A stretch of DNA of 64,000 bases, from contig OZ037844.1 of NCBI GenBank assembly GCA_964035575.1, positions 620,001-684,000 on the forward strand. The letters run 5' to 3'. The notes under the pieces are model-generated. The model did not search any database. It was not told the DNA's origin and saw only the letters and a list, made by a program, of their open reading frames with translations. Both the position numbers and the translations under genes were made by a program. The stretch is from Rhynchopus sp. YZ270_cl-10 (taxonomy: Eukaryota). Below, piece after piece: positions 1-11,677 of this stretch (positions are counted from its first letter, which is position 1; each line of letters opens with the position of its first letter).

Positions 1-105
1 CCAAAAATCTGGAATTATGCAGAAACTCGCATAATTCGCCGATAGTAACTAAATTTCCCTCTATTTTTTTCATTCACCCCTTCCCCCCACCCCCATTCCT
101 CCACC

Positions 106-1776
106 TCAACCAAGTCTCGCAAGCGGACTTCCTGGGGACACATTTTGGATGGCACCACGCGGACTCTTCCCCCATGCAATCCGATCCTCTTGCGTCGTGT
201 CAGAGAGTGGGGAGATGTGGCAGTCCGCTACTACAGCACTTCCCCGCTGCACCGACACCGGCAATGGGTGCGACACACTGCGACTGGCCGCACGCCCTCC
301 CCCTCCTCCTCCTCCTCCCCCTTCACCCCCACGCACCTGCGCAAGACATTCCCTCGCAAGCACTATCGGATCCACAATGCCCGACACAGCCTCCAAACTG
401 CAAGACCTTTTTCTAGGCGTCTCCACCCTTCGGAACATATGACCTACATCGGACAACGACGTCATCTGTTCCTGCATGGAGGTTAGCGTACGCTCCACCA
501 TGGCGACCTTTGCGGCCAGGTGCTGCACTCTCCTCCTCCCCTCCTCCTCGGGAGGTACACCTTCTTGGAGTTTTTGGAGAATGGCAAAATCGTTGGACTG
601 CCGTTTTTTGATTTGTTTTTTTTGAGATTCGAGATCGGTCATGCGTTGTGAAAGAGAATATGTTGTCGACGAAATGCGTTCAGAGAGGTCTGCTTGAGAG
701 TCTTTGCAGAATGAGGTGAGCTTCTGGAGTTTTGTGTTTATGCGTTCGATGGATTGATTGACGTCTTTTGTGAAGGTTGTTGAAGTGCTGTCAGTGTTGG
801 TCAGCATTTCTGCAACAAGAGTCGTAACGTTATGCTGCATATTGTCTTTGATACGAAGAAGTTTGCGTTCGGTGCTTTCATTGCCTTCCTTCCGATGACG
901 TTCATCCCGTTTTCTCTCCCTTTGATGTTCCTTCTCATTTTCAAGAAGCGCCTGAGATATTTTAGTAATCTTCGCATCAAACACATCTTCAACACCTGAC
1001 AACGCGGTCTCCAAGGCTGTTCTTTGTTCATCCATATTCGCTGCAATTCGGGTGTCACAATTTTTTATTGTTCGAGATTCTGTTTCTTCAATCTCAACCC
1101 GAAGCTTCCCTATCGAGGCCTTAACTAAGGCCATATCAGTGTCCCATTGGGTATCATTTTTGCCTCCTTTCCGATCCATCTCTGATTCAGAAATTTTTTG
1201 AATGCGGGATTCGATAATCGCAATGCTTTCACGTCTGCGGCGTGGCTCTTCTTTTACCTTAGCTTTAAGAACCTCCAACTCCTCTTCAAAGGTGAGTGTT
1301 GTGGTGAACGCTTTCTGCATTTTACTAATTTCACCGTGAGACTGCAGAATCGCAGATTTATTATTAGAGACACGCCCGTCAAGATCCTCCAGAGTTGCGG
1401 AGTACTCCTCACGTAGCGTTTCAAAAAGGGTGTGATCTGTGTTGGTCTGTTGGACCACCTTTTTTAGTTGAGTCTCAGAACTCTGTATTGCAGCTTCATG
1501 TCGAACCGTACTGTGCCGTAAGCTTATAATGAGCTGCTCCAAATCTGAGACTCTGTTGACCAAGTCGTTGTTGCATTTCAACGCTTCTGAATGAGATTCG
1601 GTTAAGTTCCGGATGAGTGTATCATGTCTGGCCAGCACTGCTTCGATTCCTGCGCAAAGAGAGTCGGTGCGCTGGCACATAGACTCAACGTCGCTTACTC
1701 GAGAGCTGGCGGACACAATCGATGCCAATGTCGGTAGAGGGGCTCCACTGCAGATACTACTCTCGGAGGGGGTCAT
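106..1776 (-). CDS. Long coiled-coil protein of unknown function (556 aa)
   Basis: Long ORF with heptad-like E/K/L/Q/S-rich helical composition and a low-complexity Gly/Ser tail. A pyrimidine-rich tract lies upstream on the coding strand. Confidence 0.75.
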   Translation of the reverse strand: MTPSESSICSGAPLPTLASIVSASSRVSDVESMCQRTDSLCAGIEAVLARHDTLIRNLTESHSEALKCNNDLVNRVSDLEQLIISLRHSTVRHEAAIQSSETQLKKVVQQTNTDHTLFETLREEYSATLEDLDGRVSNNKSAILQSHGEISKMQKAFTTTLTFEEELEVLKAKVKEEPRRRRESIAIIESRIQKISESEMDRKGGKNDTQWDTDMALVKASIGKLRVEIEETESRTIKNCDTRIAANMDEQRTALETALSGVEDVFDAKITKISQALLENEKEHQRERKRDERHRKEGNESTERKLLRIKDNMQHNVTTLVAEMLTNTDSTSTTFTKDVNQSIERINTKLQKLTSFCKDSQADLSERISSTTYSLSQRMTDLESQKKQIKKRQSNDFAILQKLQEGVPPEEEGRRRVQHLAAKVAMVERTLTSMQEQMTSLSDVGHMFRRVETPRKRSCSLEAVSGIVDPIVLARECLAQVRGGEGGGGGGGGGRAASRSVSHPLPVSVQRGSAVVADCHISPLSDTTQEDRIAWGKSPRGAIQNVSPGSPLARLG

Positions 1777-4126
1777 TTTGTGAAAAGAGAAAAAAAAAAT
1801 AAAAAGTTTTTTTTAGGTGGGAGAAGAAGGGAAAGAGACAAGAAGAGAGAGATGAGAGAGAGGGGTAGAAATATGTGCAAAGTTTGAGGCGTAAAAAAAG
1901 GGGGGTGCGGGGGTGTGGGTAAACCTCGCTTCCTGTAGTGTGTGGTTTGAGGGGAGAGGGGAGAGGGGAGGGCCACGGGATCACTCCCCCCCGTACGTAA
2001 AAGACAGCACCCCACCCTACTCCCCCCCGATTGTTTGACCTTTCGACCTCACAGGACTTCACTCAACCAACAGGTACACTGATTCTTCCCTAGATCTCCT
2101 AAATTGCATCTAAAAAGTTGACTTGAAATACAACAGCCCGATCGTGAAACACTGTACCTTTGGTACAATGACCGGTGTACCCCATGCAGTCTTACAATCC
2201 ATTTCGTGGTATACATCAGAAAAGAAAAAAATTAGCAATCCACCCTCCCCTCTTTTTTTTTCAACAATGAGTGAGCAATCCTGAGAGTACAAACCAAAAG
2301 TTTTTTTTTTCTTTTCTTTTTTTTGATAAATATCGTGGATAACGTACGTCCCCCCCCCTCCCCTTTGGGGACCGTATGTAGGGTATTTCGCTGGGAGGTC
2401 TCAAAGGTTTCTTTTGTTTTTATTTTTTTTTTCCCCCTTTTCGAAAATCCATAGCGCGATACCCGCGCCGTCCATGAATGAATAGCAACACGAAACGAAG
2501 AAATGTTTGTCAGATGATTTTGTGCCTCATGTGCACATACATCTTCAAAGGGGGGGATGCCCTGAACAAACAAGGCATCATATAAAAAAAAATGGGGGAA
2601 AGTGGTTGGTGGGGGATGGAGAGGGGGAGGAGGAAGGAAGGAAGGAAGGAAGGAAGGAAACCAAGACCCGAAAAAAGAAGGCTTCTCTTAAGAAGAGTTG
2701 TTCCTTTCTGGTCTGTTGTTTCATCGCAAAGATTTTTTTTTGTTTTTCTTTTCGTTTTTTTTGTTGAGTTGACAATCAATTACCCCACCAGAGTGGAATT
2801 CTGACTGCCCAAATTATTTTTTCCTCGTTATTTTGAATTGAAATGGGTGTTTTTGAAGGCATGGGCTGGGTAAATTTTTTTTTTTGAAAAACATGAGGTT
2901 GAAGAGTTTCTGTGCAGGTTTTGTCTTTGTACTGCAAATTCTTCACCCTTTTTTTTGAAATTTATATAAAAAAAAATTCTGTATTTTAGCGATTTTTGAT
3001 TCCCACCGATGATCTGGTGAAAATCCCATAACTTTGTATCATTTTTTTTTCTGCTCCTCACAGATGCCAAATAGACAGCCTGCATTTTTGTTGTGTCAAC
3101 AATCGCCTAAAATAACCCATTTGAGGTTAATAGGGTACACAATGTTGGCCAAAGCCTTTTGTTTTTGTCTCGCCATTCTCTCCAAAAAGGAAAAGTAACC
3201 TGCTTTGCAAACTGTGCTTCACAGTTCCCACGGGTATGAAAGGAGCGCAAGCTCTTTTGACGCCCGCACAAAAAGGAAGGTACAGCAAATCGTACAGGGG
3301 AGGTGAGGAGAGAGAGAGAGAGAGAAAAAAGACAAAACAATATCATCCCCTTATTAGGGTTCAGGGCTTTTTTTTTTTTTTTTGTAAGATTTACGCACAG
3401 AGAGTGGAGGGGAGGAGGGGAGGGAGGAAAACAACAATTTTTTTTTTTTTTTGGTATTTTGTAAAGTAAATTGCTTTGGGGAACAAACACAAACAGCAAC
3501 TTACTCTGATTTTTTTTCTTCTTTTTCTCGAAATTTTGTTGTTTGCAAACGTAAAAGAAAAGTTGAAAAATGGGTATGCCAAAGATGCACACACCATTTT
3601 CTATATGAACGGAGGCCAAAAAAAAAAAAATCATTTCCCGAGACAAACGGGTCTTGTGGGCGGGGTTTTTAAAATAAAATTTTGAGATTAATAATGTGTA
3701 AGTAGCTGCCATTGTTGACAGTTACTATTCTCTTCCAGAAAGTGGTCTTTTCAAAGTAGAATGTGTCAATGTGTCCTCCTTCTTCCATGCAAACTCACAA
3801 CACTCATCTAAGTTTAAGTTTAAGAGTGTGCAATACAACCAACGCCTATCATGTTTTATTTTTCCCACCTCTCGAAATGGGTAAGATGGTTGCGTTCAAT
3901 TTTGCATTTCACCACTAATAGTCGCGAGACTTTTTTATTTTATTTTTTTTGGCAGAGGTTTGAGACAAAAAAAAAGAGGGAGAAAAAAAACACTCCCTTT
4001 TCAAGAATGGGGGGAGAGATTTTAAAACGTATGGGAACGTCTTTAAAAAAAAAAAAAACCAAAACGAAAACGAAATATCGCAAATTGACAAAAAAAAAAC
4101 CCCTCTCTCCCCGCTTTTTTTCCCCC

Positions 4127-5143
4127 TTAAATCACTGCACAGTTGCAGGGAACATGGGGGAAGGGTCCGGCGGGTTTGGGGCACCAGCCTTGTGGAGTGC
4201 TTTCTGCGATTGCAAAGGACTGGGAGAAGACTTGCATGTAGAGCTCGGTTCCTACGGTGGGGTCGTGGTAGCAGGGCTCCTGGTTGACCATACGCTGGGT
4301 CCAGTCGGGGTTGGTGGGGAGGGAGGTACGCCAGCCACCGTTGCGGAAGAGATCCACCTCGAACAAGATGTACACTGTAAAGACACCACTTGCACGCACC
4401 GTGATCACCGCATCTGCTGCAACCTCCTGCTGGCTCGGCCTGTAGTAGGTCAATCCCTCAATCGGTGCCTGCACCTTATCAACCGTGTACGGTCTGTTCC
4501 CCCACAGCACCATCCCCGTCTCAAAAGGTCCTGCCTCAGCATACGTGAAATCCCCAAACGCGCTTTCACCGCTAATCTCAACATCGCTTCCTCCATCAAT
4601 GATGATTCCGTGCACAACGCTGGTCATAGGGAGCGGGAAGGCAGGAAGGGTGAAGGTTGTGCCCGCAGGACGGATGGAACGTTCGATGAGGGCAAGACCG
4701 TTGGTCGGGCCGGAGGTGGCAAAGTCGAGCTCCTCTCCCTGAGCGAGAACTGTATGGTAGGAGCGGGTGACCTGCCCGTCGATCTTGCCTCCGCATGTCC
4801 CTACGGAGTAGCCACGTGATGCGAAAAGGGCAGGAAGGCCGCCGTTCTTCCCTGCAGTGCATGGAAGGCACTGTATCACAACAATCGTCACATCGCAGTG
4901 TCCGTCGCAGCATCTGTAGGTGAACGTCGAAGCGTCGGGAACATTAGCAGCAGGCAGCCATGCTGTGGCGCCCTGGTGCCGGGAATGAATGTCACTCAAG
5001 ACAAGGCCGTTCCCGGTAACACCAGTCTGGCCTATCACAACGGATTGCAAAGGCACGCTTGAGGAGACAACAGGGCTCGTATCGATGCACGTCAAAGCGC
5101 TGGACAGACCGGCAGTAGCAAGCAGTGCTATGGAACGAAGCAT
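4127..5143 (-). CDS. Putative secreted Cys-containing protein of unknown function (338 aa)
   Basis: Signal-peptide-like N-terminus MLRSIALLATAGLSSA, multiple Cys, GC-rich coding-like composition between AT-rich flanks. Confidence 0.75.
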   Translation of the reverse strand: MLRSIALLATAGLSSALTCIDTSPVVSSSVPLQSVVIGQTGVTGNGLVLSDIHSRHQGATAWLPAANVPDASTFTYRCCDGHCDVTIVVIQCLPCTAGKNGGLPALFASRGYSVGTCGGKIDGQVTRSYHTVLAQGEELDFATSGPTNGLALIERSIRPAGTTFTLPAFPLPMTSVVHGIIIDGGSDVEISGESAFGDFTYAEAGPFETGMVLWGNRPYTVDKVQAPIEGLTYYRPSQQEVAADAVITVRASGVFTVYILFEVDLFRNGGWRTSLPTNPDWTQRMVNQEPCYHDPTVGTELYMQVFSQSFAIAESTPQGWCPKPAGPFPHVPCNCAVI

Positions 5144-5423
5144 GGTGGAGTAGTGGAGAGGGAAAGAAGAGGAACAGAAGGAGTGTGGTAAACGCCTGGG
5201 GGGTGGGGAGGGTGGTGGTGGTGGTGTGCGAAACGTTTTGGATGGAAATAAAATTACTTCAGAAAACGGGGTTCATGTAATGCTTATAGCCTACTAAAGA
5301 GAAGTGGAAAGTGTAAGTGCCTCACCGTGCGTCTGCGGACGCAGGCACTGCCAACTAAACAAGAGACGAACGAAGGGTTTGTTTTTGGAGAAAAGAAAAA
5401 AACATTTTGCTGAGAGTTGAGAG

Positions 5424-6797
5424 TCATTGTTCTGCACCGTGCTTGAGGAGAACCTTCTCCACACCTGCACATCCATTCAGCCTCGCATGCTTCAACGCAG
5501 TGTGGCCTGCAATATCTCTGTGGTTCACATCCACCCCCCGCAAGCCCACAAGATAGCGCACAGTCTCGGTGTGTCCACCTGCTGCTGCAATTAATAGACC
5601 TGGTATGCCATTGCCGTCGACCACACACACGTCTGCACCTGCTTCCACCAACATCTGCACAATTTCGAGTTTCCCAGCCTCACAAGCAAAGTGAAGAGGC
5701 GAACACCCCATGTCGTCCTTTGCCTCGACGTCAGCCCCTGCATCAATGAGCACCTGCATCACAGCAGAGTGCTTCTGAAACATTTGGTAGTGCTTGCGAC
5801 TCACTGCGAGGTGCAGTGAAGTGTAGCTCCTGTCATTTGACTGATTCACATCCACCTCAGGCATGCACAGAAGAGTACGCACAGTCTCGGTGTGTCCAAA
5901 ACCAGCTGCAAGGGTAAGACACGTGTCACCTTCGTTGTCTGTGACATGCACTCCCGCACCTGCTTTGAGCAACACCTTCACAACCCGGAGGTTCCCACGC
6001 TGGCTAGCCACGTGGAGTGGCGAGTTGTATGCACTCACGTCCTTTGTCTCGATGTCTGCACCTGCATCAATGAGCACCTCCATCACATCTGCATGGTTTG
6101 CAATAGCTGCAACATGCACCGCAGTGGCGCGCTCACCCTTATGATTCACGTCCACCTCTGGCAAGCCAACAAGATAGCGCACAGTCTCGGTGTGTCCATG
6201 CTGTGCCGCATAGAAAAGACATGTGCTTCCTTCGACGTCTGTGACACACACCCCCGCACCTGCTTTGAGCAACACCTTCACAACATCGAGCACTCCCGAA
6301 CGACAAGCCCAGTGAAGAGGAGAAAGTCCGCAGATGTCCTTTGTCTCGATGTCTGCCCCTGCATCAATGAGCACCTGACACACTGCAGGGTCCTCCCACA
6401 TGGCTGGACAGGGTCGGTCTTCTCTGTACCCCTGCCCGTGTGGGACATACGCGACGTTGCTGCAGACTGACTTCCAATGCTGCAAGAGGACTTCCGTGCA
6501 TGCAGTGTGGTCTGCGTGGACGCACTCACTCAGCAGCATCCCGAAGCCCATCTGCGTTGTCCTAACATACGGAAGAAGCAGTGCGAGGCATTCATCGTGG
6601 TTCCCTCTGCATGCCTCGTGCACAGCATCGAAGGCAACCTTTTTGCTGTCTGTGTCTGTGCTGAGCTTCTCAAGTCCCACCCGCACGGCAGTCGTGTCGC
6701 CGTTCCTGGCAGCCTCCACCAAGACCTCGTCTGCAGAAAGCTTTCTTCTCTTTGGTGCCTTCTCGTCAGGTGTGCTGTCTGCGTGTCGCTTCGACAT
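5424..6797 (-). CDS. Ankyrin-repeat family protein, short form, PKRRK type (457 aa)
   Basis: Repeated ankyrin consensus (SPLHxAxxxG...AGADIE; TCLxLAAxxGHTETVRYLV) after the family N-terminus MSKRHADST. Confidence 0.9.
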   Translation of the reverse strand: MSKRHADSTPDEKAPKRRKLSADEVLVEAARNGDTTAVRVGLEKLSTDTDSKKVAFDAVHEACRGNHDECLALLLPYVRTTQMGFGMLLSECVHADHTACTEVLLQHWKSVCSNVAYVPHGQGYREDRPCPAMWEDPAVCQVLIDAGADIETKDICGLSPLHWACRSGVLDVVKVLLKAGAGVCVTDVEGSTCLFYAAQHGHTETVRYLVGLPEVDVNHKGERATAVHVAAIANHADVMEVLIDAGADIETKDVSAYNSPLHVASQRGNLRVVKVLLKAGAGVHVTDNEGDTCLTLAAGFGHTETVRTLLCMPEVDVNQSNDRSYTSLHLAVSRKHYQMFQKHSAVMQVLIDAGADVEAKDDMGCSPLHFACEAGKLEIVQMLVEAGADVCVVDGNGIPGLLIAAAGGHTETVRYLVGLRGVDVNHRDIAGHTALKHARLNGCAGVEKVLLKHGAEQ

Positions 6798-6930
6798 GGT
6801 TTTGGAAGATGTTGATATTCAATGTTGTGTCTTTTATGCTGTTTCTTTTTGTGGAGGTTGTGAGGTGAGTGGTGGGTGTCCCTGAACTTCTTACCACCCC
6901 TGATAAGCACACAACAGGAGGTCAACCGAC

Positions 6931-7392
6931 TATGCTACTCGGAAAACGAGAGAAATTCGAGAGAAATCCAAGAACCTGGGCTGAAAACCCAAATCTGCAA
7001 ATGGACTAGAATCTGAGTGGTCATCTATATATTGCAGAGGGAGAAGAACTCTGGGAGAAAGCTGCCCGGGTGCAGCAGTGGTGGGTAACTTACGGTGCTT
7101 GCAAGGTGGAAAAGGTTCTTGCTTTGCTTTGTTTAGTTTTGTCTTTTTTATTGTATCACCATTTCTTGAGCAGAAACGCATTTCCCTATATGAAGTGAGC
7201 TACTGCATACGTGTTGTTGCACTGGAAAAAGAAGTAAAAAAACACCACTGGGAGGCCTACTAAAGAGAAGTGGAAAGTGTAAGTGCCTCACCGTGCGTGC
7301 TGCGGACGCAGGCACTGCCCAACGAAACAAGAGACGAAGGAAGGGTTTTATTGTTTCTGCAGAAAAAAAGGCAGTTTGTTGAGAGTTGAGAG
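6931..7392. repeat. Intergenic spacer repeated between ankyrin genes of block 1
   Basis: Near-identical copies at ~9237-9670 and ~11209-11677, with partial copies at ~5288-5423 and 13362-13676. Confidence 0.85.
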
Positions 7393-9102
7393 TCATTGTT
7401 CTGCACCGTGCTTGAGGAGAACCTTCTCCACAGCTGCACATCCATTCAGCCTCGCATGCTTCAACGCAGTGAAGCCTGCAATATCTCTGTGGTTCACATC
7501 CACCCCCCGCAAGCCCACAAGATAGCGCACAGTCTCGGTGTGTCCACCTGCTGCTGCAATTAATAGACCTGGTATGCCATTGCCGTCGACCACACACACG
7601 TCTGCACCTGCTTCCACCAACATCTTCACAGTTTCGAGTTTCCCAGCCTCACAAGCAAAGTAAAGAGGCGAACACCCCATGTCGTTCTTTGCCTCGACAT
7701 CAGCCCCTGCATCAATGAGCACCTGCACCACATCTGAATGCTTCCTTGTCGCAGCCAGGTGCAGTGAAGTACAGTACCAGCTATTTGACTGATTCTCGTC
7801 CACCTCAGGCATGCACAGAAGAGTCCGCACAGTCTCGGTGTGTCCACAAGCAGCCGCTCGAGTAAGACATGTCTCTCCTCCGTTATCTGTGACACACACT
7901 CCTGCACCTGCTCTGACCAACACCTCCACAACCCGGAGGTTCCCACGCTGGCTGGCCACGAGGAGTGGCGAACGTCCAGCGTTGTGTCCACTCTCGTTCT
8001 TTACCTCAATGTCTGCCCCTGCATCTATGAGCACCTCCATCACATCTGCGTGGTTATCATAAGCTGCAACATGCACCGCAGTGCCGTGCTCACCCTTAAG
8101 ATTCACATCCACCTCCGGCAAGCCAACAAGATAGCGCACAGTCTCAGTGTGTCCATGCTGTGCCGCAATGGCAAGACACGTGTCTCCTTGGTGTATCCAT
8201 GCGTATCCTTCCTCGTCAGTGACACTCGCACCCGCTTTGACCAACAGCTTCACAACAGCGAGTGCACCTGAAAAACAAGCCCAGTTCAGGGGAGAACGTC
8301 CCCAGTAGTTCTTCCCGATGTCTGCCCCTGCATCAATGAGCACCTCCATCACATCTGCATGGTTTTCCTCAGCTACTGCGAGCACCGCAGTGTCGCCTCG
8401 GGACGTGGGCTTGTCATTCACATCCACATCCTTCAAGCCCACAAGATAGCGCACGGTCTCCATGTGCCCTTGATGTGCTGCAAGAACAAGACAGGTGTTT
8501 CCTTCATTGTCTGTGACACACACTCCCGCACCTGCTTTGACCAACATCTTCACAACTGCTAGATATCCTTCCCTGCTGGCCATGAGCAGAGGTGATCGTC
8601 CGTACTCGTCCTTTGCCTCGATGTCTGCCCCTGCATCAATGAGCACCTGACACACTGCAGGATCCTCCCACATGACTGGACAGGGACACAGTGTCCAAGC
8701 TTTGCTGTAAAAAGTCTTGCCTTTGCTCTTGTCCTTGAGCTGCAGAGGGACAAACGCAACGTTGCTGCAGACTGACTTCCAATGCTGCAAGAGGACCTCC
8801 GTGCACGCAGTGTGGTCTGCGTGGATGCACTCACTCAGCAGCATCCCGAAGCCCATCTGCGTTGTCTCAACATACGGAAGAAGCAGTGCGAGGTATTCAT
8901 CGTGGTTCCCTCTGCATGCCTCGTGCACAGCATCGAAAGAAACTGTTTTGCTGTCTGTGTCTGGGCTGAGCTTCTCAAGTCCCACCCGCACGGCAGTCGT
9001 GTCGCCGTTCCTGGCAGCCTCCACCAAGACCTCGTCTGCAGAAAGCTTTCTTCTCTTTGGTGCCTTCTCGTCAGCTGTGCTGTCTGCGTGTCGCTTCGAC
9101 AT
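7393..9102 (-). CDS. Ankyrin-repeat family protein, PKRRK type (569 aa)
   Basis: Same N-terminal module, with one more three-ankyrin unit than its neighbours. Confidence 0.9.
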   Translation of the reverse strand: MSKRHADSTADEKAPKRRKLSADEVLVEAARNGDTTAVRVGLEKLSPDTDSKTVSFDAVHEACRGNHDEYLALLLPYVETTQMGFGMLLSECIHADHTACTEVLLQHWKSVCSNVAFVPLQLKDKSKGKTFYSKAWTLCPCPVMWEDPAVCQVLIDAGADIEAKDEYGRSPLLMASREGYLAVVKMLVKAGAGVCVTDNEGNTCLVLAAHQGHMETVRYLVGLKDVDVNDKPTSRGDTAVLAVAEENHADVMEVLIDAGADIGKNYWGRSPLNWACFSGALAVVKLLVKAGASVTDEEGYAWIHQGDTCLAIAAQHGHTETVRYLVGLPEVDVNLKGEHGTAVHVAAYDNHADVMEVLIDAGADIEVKNESGHNAGRSPLLVASQRGNLRVVEVLVRAGAGVCVTDNGGETCLTRAAACGHTETVRTLLCMPEVDENQSNSWYCTSLHLAATRKHSDVVQVLIDAGADVEAKNDMGCSPLYFACEAGKLETVKMLVEAGADVCVVDGNGIPGLLIAAAGGHTETVRYLVGLRGVDVNHRDIAGFTALKHARLNGCAAVEKVLLKHGAEQ

Positions 9103-9190
9103 GGTTTGTGAAGATGTTGATATTCAATGTTGTGTCTTTTATGCTGTTTCTTTTTGTGGAGGTTGTGAGGTGAGTGGTGGGTGTCCCTGA
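9103..9190 (-). promoter_or_regulatory. Conserved 5' leader shared by the ankyrin genes (representative copy)
   Basis: About 85 nt (CAGGGACACCCACCACTCACCTCACAACCTCCACAAAAAG...CAACATCTTCACAAACC-ATG) precedes most copies. A variant ending GGATCAGAATTAAAACC-ATG precedes the starts at 31656, 36521 and 38771. Regulatory function is not shown and it may simply be co-duplicated. Confidence 0.5.
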
Positions 9191-9491
9191 ACTGTCTTCC
9201 CACCCCTGATAAGCACACAACAGGAGGTCCACCGACTATGCTTCTCGGAAAACGAGAGAAATTCGAGAGAAATCCAAGAACCTGGGCTGAAAACCCAAAT
9301 CTGTGAATGGACTAGAATCTGAGTGGTCATCTATATATTGCAGAGGGAGAAGAACTCTGGGAGAAAGCTGCCCGGGTGCAGCAGTGGTGGGTAACTTACG
9401 GTGCTTGCAAGGTGGAAAAGGTTTTTTGCTTTGCTTTGTTTAGTTTTGTCTTTTTTATTGTATCACCATTTCTTGAGCAGAAACGCATTCC

Positions 9492-11048
9492 CTATATGAA
9501 GTGAGCTACTGCATACGTGTTGTTGCACTGGTAAAAGAATGAAAAAACACCACTGGGAGGCCTACTAAAGAGAAGTGGAAAGTGTAAGTGCCTCACTGTG
9601 CGTCTGCGGACGCAGACACTACCCAACGAAACAAGAGACGAACGAAGAGTTGTATTGTTTCTGCAGAAAAAAAGGGAACCGTGCTTGAGGAGAACCTTCT
9701 CCACACCTGCATGTCCATTCAGCCTCGCATGCTTCAACGCAGTGAAGCCTGCAATATCTCTGTGGTTCACATCCACCCCCCGCAAGCCCACAAGATAGCG
9801 CACAGTCTCGGTGTGTCCACCTGCTGCTGCAATTAATAGACCTGGTATGCCATTGCCGTCGACCACACACACGTCTGCACCTGCTTCCACCAACATCTGC
9901 ACAATTTCGAGTTTCTCAGCCTCACAAGCAAAGTGAAGAGGCGAAAACCCCATGTCGTCCTTTGCCTCGACGTCAGCCCCTGCATCAATGAGCACCTGAC
10001 ACACTGCAGAGCGCTTCTGAAACACTTGGTAGTGCTTGCGACTCACTGCGAGGTGCAGTGAAGTGTAGCCCCTGGTATTTGACTGATTCACATCCACCTC
10101 AGGCATGCACAGAAGAGTACGCACAATCTCGGTGTGTCCATTAAAAGCTGCAAGGGAGAGACACGTCTCTCCTCCGTTGTCTGTGACACACATTCCCGCA
10201 CCTGCTTTCACCAACACCTCCACAACCCGGAGGTTCCCACGCTGGCTAGCCACGTGGAGTGGCGAACGTCCAGCATTGTGTCCACTCACGTCCTTTGCCT
10301 CGATGTCTGCACCTGCATCAATGAGCACTTCCACCATATCTGCGTGGTTTGCAATAGCTGCAACATTCACCGCAGTGCCGCGCTCACCCTTATGATTCAC
10401 ATCCACCTCTGGCAAGCCAACAAGATAGCGCACAGTCTCAGTGTGTCCATGCTGTGCCGCATAGAAAAGACATGTGTATCCTTGGTTGTCTGTGACACAC
10501 ACCCCCGCACCTGCTTTGAGCAACACCTTCACAACATCGAGTGCTCCTGAACGACAAGCCCAGTGAAGAGGAGAACGTCCGCAGATGTCCTTTGTCTCGA
10601 TGTCTGCCCCTGCATCAATGAGCACCTGACACACTGCAGGGTCCTCCCACATGGCTGGACAGGGTCGGTCTTTCTTGTCCTCCTGCCCGTGTGGGACAAA
10701 CGCAACGTTGCTGCAGACTGACTTCCAATGCTGCAAGAGGACCTCCGTGCACGCAGTGTGGTCTGCGTGGATGCACTCACTCAGCAGCATCCCGAAGCCC
10801 ATCTGCGTTGTCTCAACATACGGAAGAAGCAGTGCGAGGCATTCATCGTGGTTCCCTCTGCATGCCTCGTGCACAGCATCGAAGTCAATCTTTTTGCTGT
10901 CTGTGTCTGGGCTGAGCTTCTCAAGTCCCGCCCGCACGGCAGTCGTGTCGCCGTTCCTGGCAGCCTCCACCAAGACCGAGTCTGCAGAAATCGTTGTTCC
11001 GTTTGGTGCCTTCTCGTCAGGTGTGCTGTCTGCGTGTTGCTTCGACAT
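9492..11048 (-). CDS. Ankyrin-repeat family protein, PNGTT type, with read-through C-terminus (518 aa)
   Basis: Family motifs. The usual ...KHGAEQ-stop is deleted so the ORF runs into spacer sequence. Confidence 0.8.
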   Translation of the reverse strand: MSKQHADSTPDEKAPNGTTISADSVLVEAARNGDTTAVRAGLEKLSPDTDSKKIDFDAVHEACRGNHDECLALLLPYVETTQMGFGMLLSECIHADHTACTEVLLQHWKSVCSNVAFVPHGQEDKKDRPCPAMWEDPAVCQVLIDAGADIETKDICGRSPLHWACRSGALDVVKVLLKAGAGVCVTDNQGYTCLFYAAQHGHTETVRYLVGLPEVDVNHKGERGTAVNVAAIANHADMVEVLIDAGADIEAKDVSGHNAGRSPLHVASQRGNLRVVEVLVKAGAGMCVTDNGGETCLSLAAFNGHTEIVRTLLCMPEVDVNQSNTRGYTSLHLAVSRKHYQVFQKRSAVCQVLIDAGADVEAKDDMGFSPLHFACEAEKLEIVQMLVEAGADVCVVDGNGIPGLLIAAAGGHTETVRYLVGLRGVDVNHRDIAGFTALKHARLNGHAGVEKVLLKHGSLFFCRNNTTLRSSLVSLGSVCVRRRTVRHLHFPLLFSRPPSGVFSFFYQCNNTYAVAHFI

Positions 11049-11677
11049 GGTTTGCGAAGATGTTGATATTCAATGTTGTGTCTTTTATGCTGTTTCTTTT
11101 TGTGGAGGTTGTGAGGTGAGTGGCGGGTGTCCCTGAACTGCCTTCCCCCCATGAGAATCACAGCCACAGTGAATTGTGTCAAAGTCACCCTCCTGAGGGT
11201 GAAATACAAAACCTGGGCTGAAAACCCAAATCTGTGAATGGACGAGAATCTGAGTAGTCTCCTATATATTGCAGAGGGAGCAGAACTCTGGGAGAAAGCT
11301 GCCCGGGTGCAGCAGTGGTGGGTAACTTACGGTGCTTGCAAGGTGGAAAAGGTTTTTTGCTTTGCTTTGTTTAGTTTTGTCTTTTTTATTGTATCACCAT
11401 TTCTTGAGCAGAAACGCATTCCCTATATGGAAGTGAGCTACTGCATACGTGTTGTTGCACTGGAAAAGGATGGAAAAAACACCACTGGGAGGCCTACTAA
11501 AGAGAAGTGGAAAGTGTAAGTGCCTCACCGTGCGTGCTGCGGACGCCGGCACTACCCACGAAACAAGAGACGAACGAAGGGTTTGTTTTTGGAGAAAAGA
11601 AAGTGAAGTTGATAGTGCAAACGCCTCTGGGACGCAGGCACTGAAAGAAAAAAAAGCGTTTTGTTGAGAGTTGAGAG

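Noticed and set aside
1780..4120. K/F-rich ORFs in homopolymer-rich intergenic DNA (also 13.6-15.3, 19.5-24.2 and 41.9-43 kb)
   Set aside because: Products of poly-A/T runs and microsatellites with no protein-like composition.
9237..9425. Coding-like + strand stretch in block-1 spacers (…LYIAEGEELWEKAARVQQWW…)
   Set aside because: Short, frameshifted and without a motif I can assign; kept only as repeat sequence.
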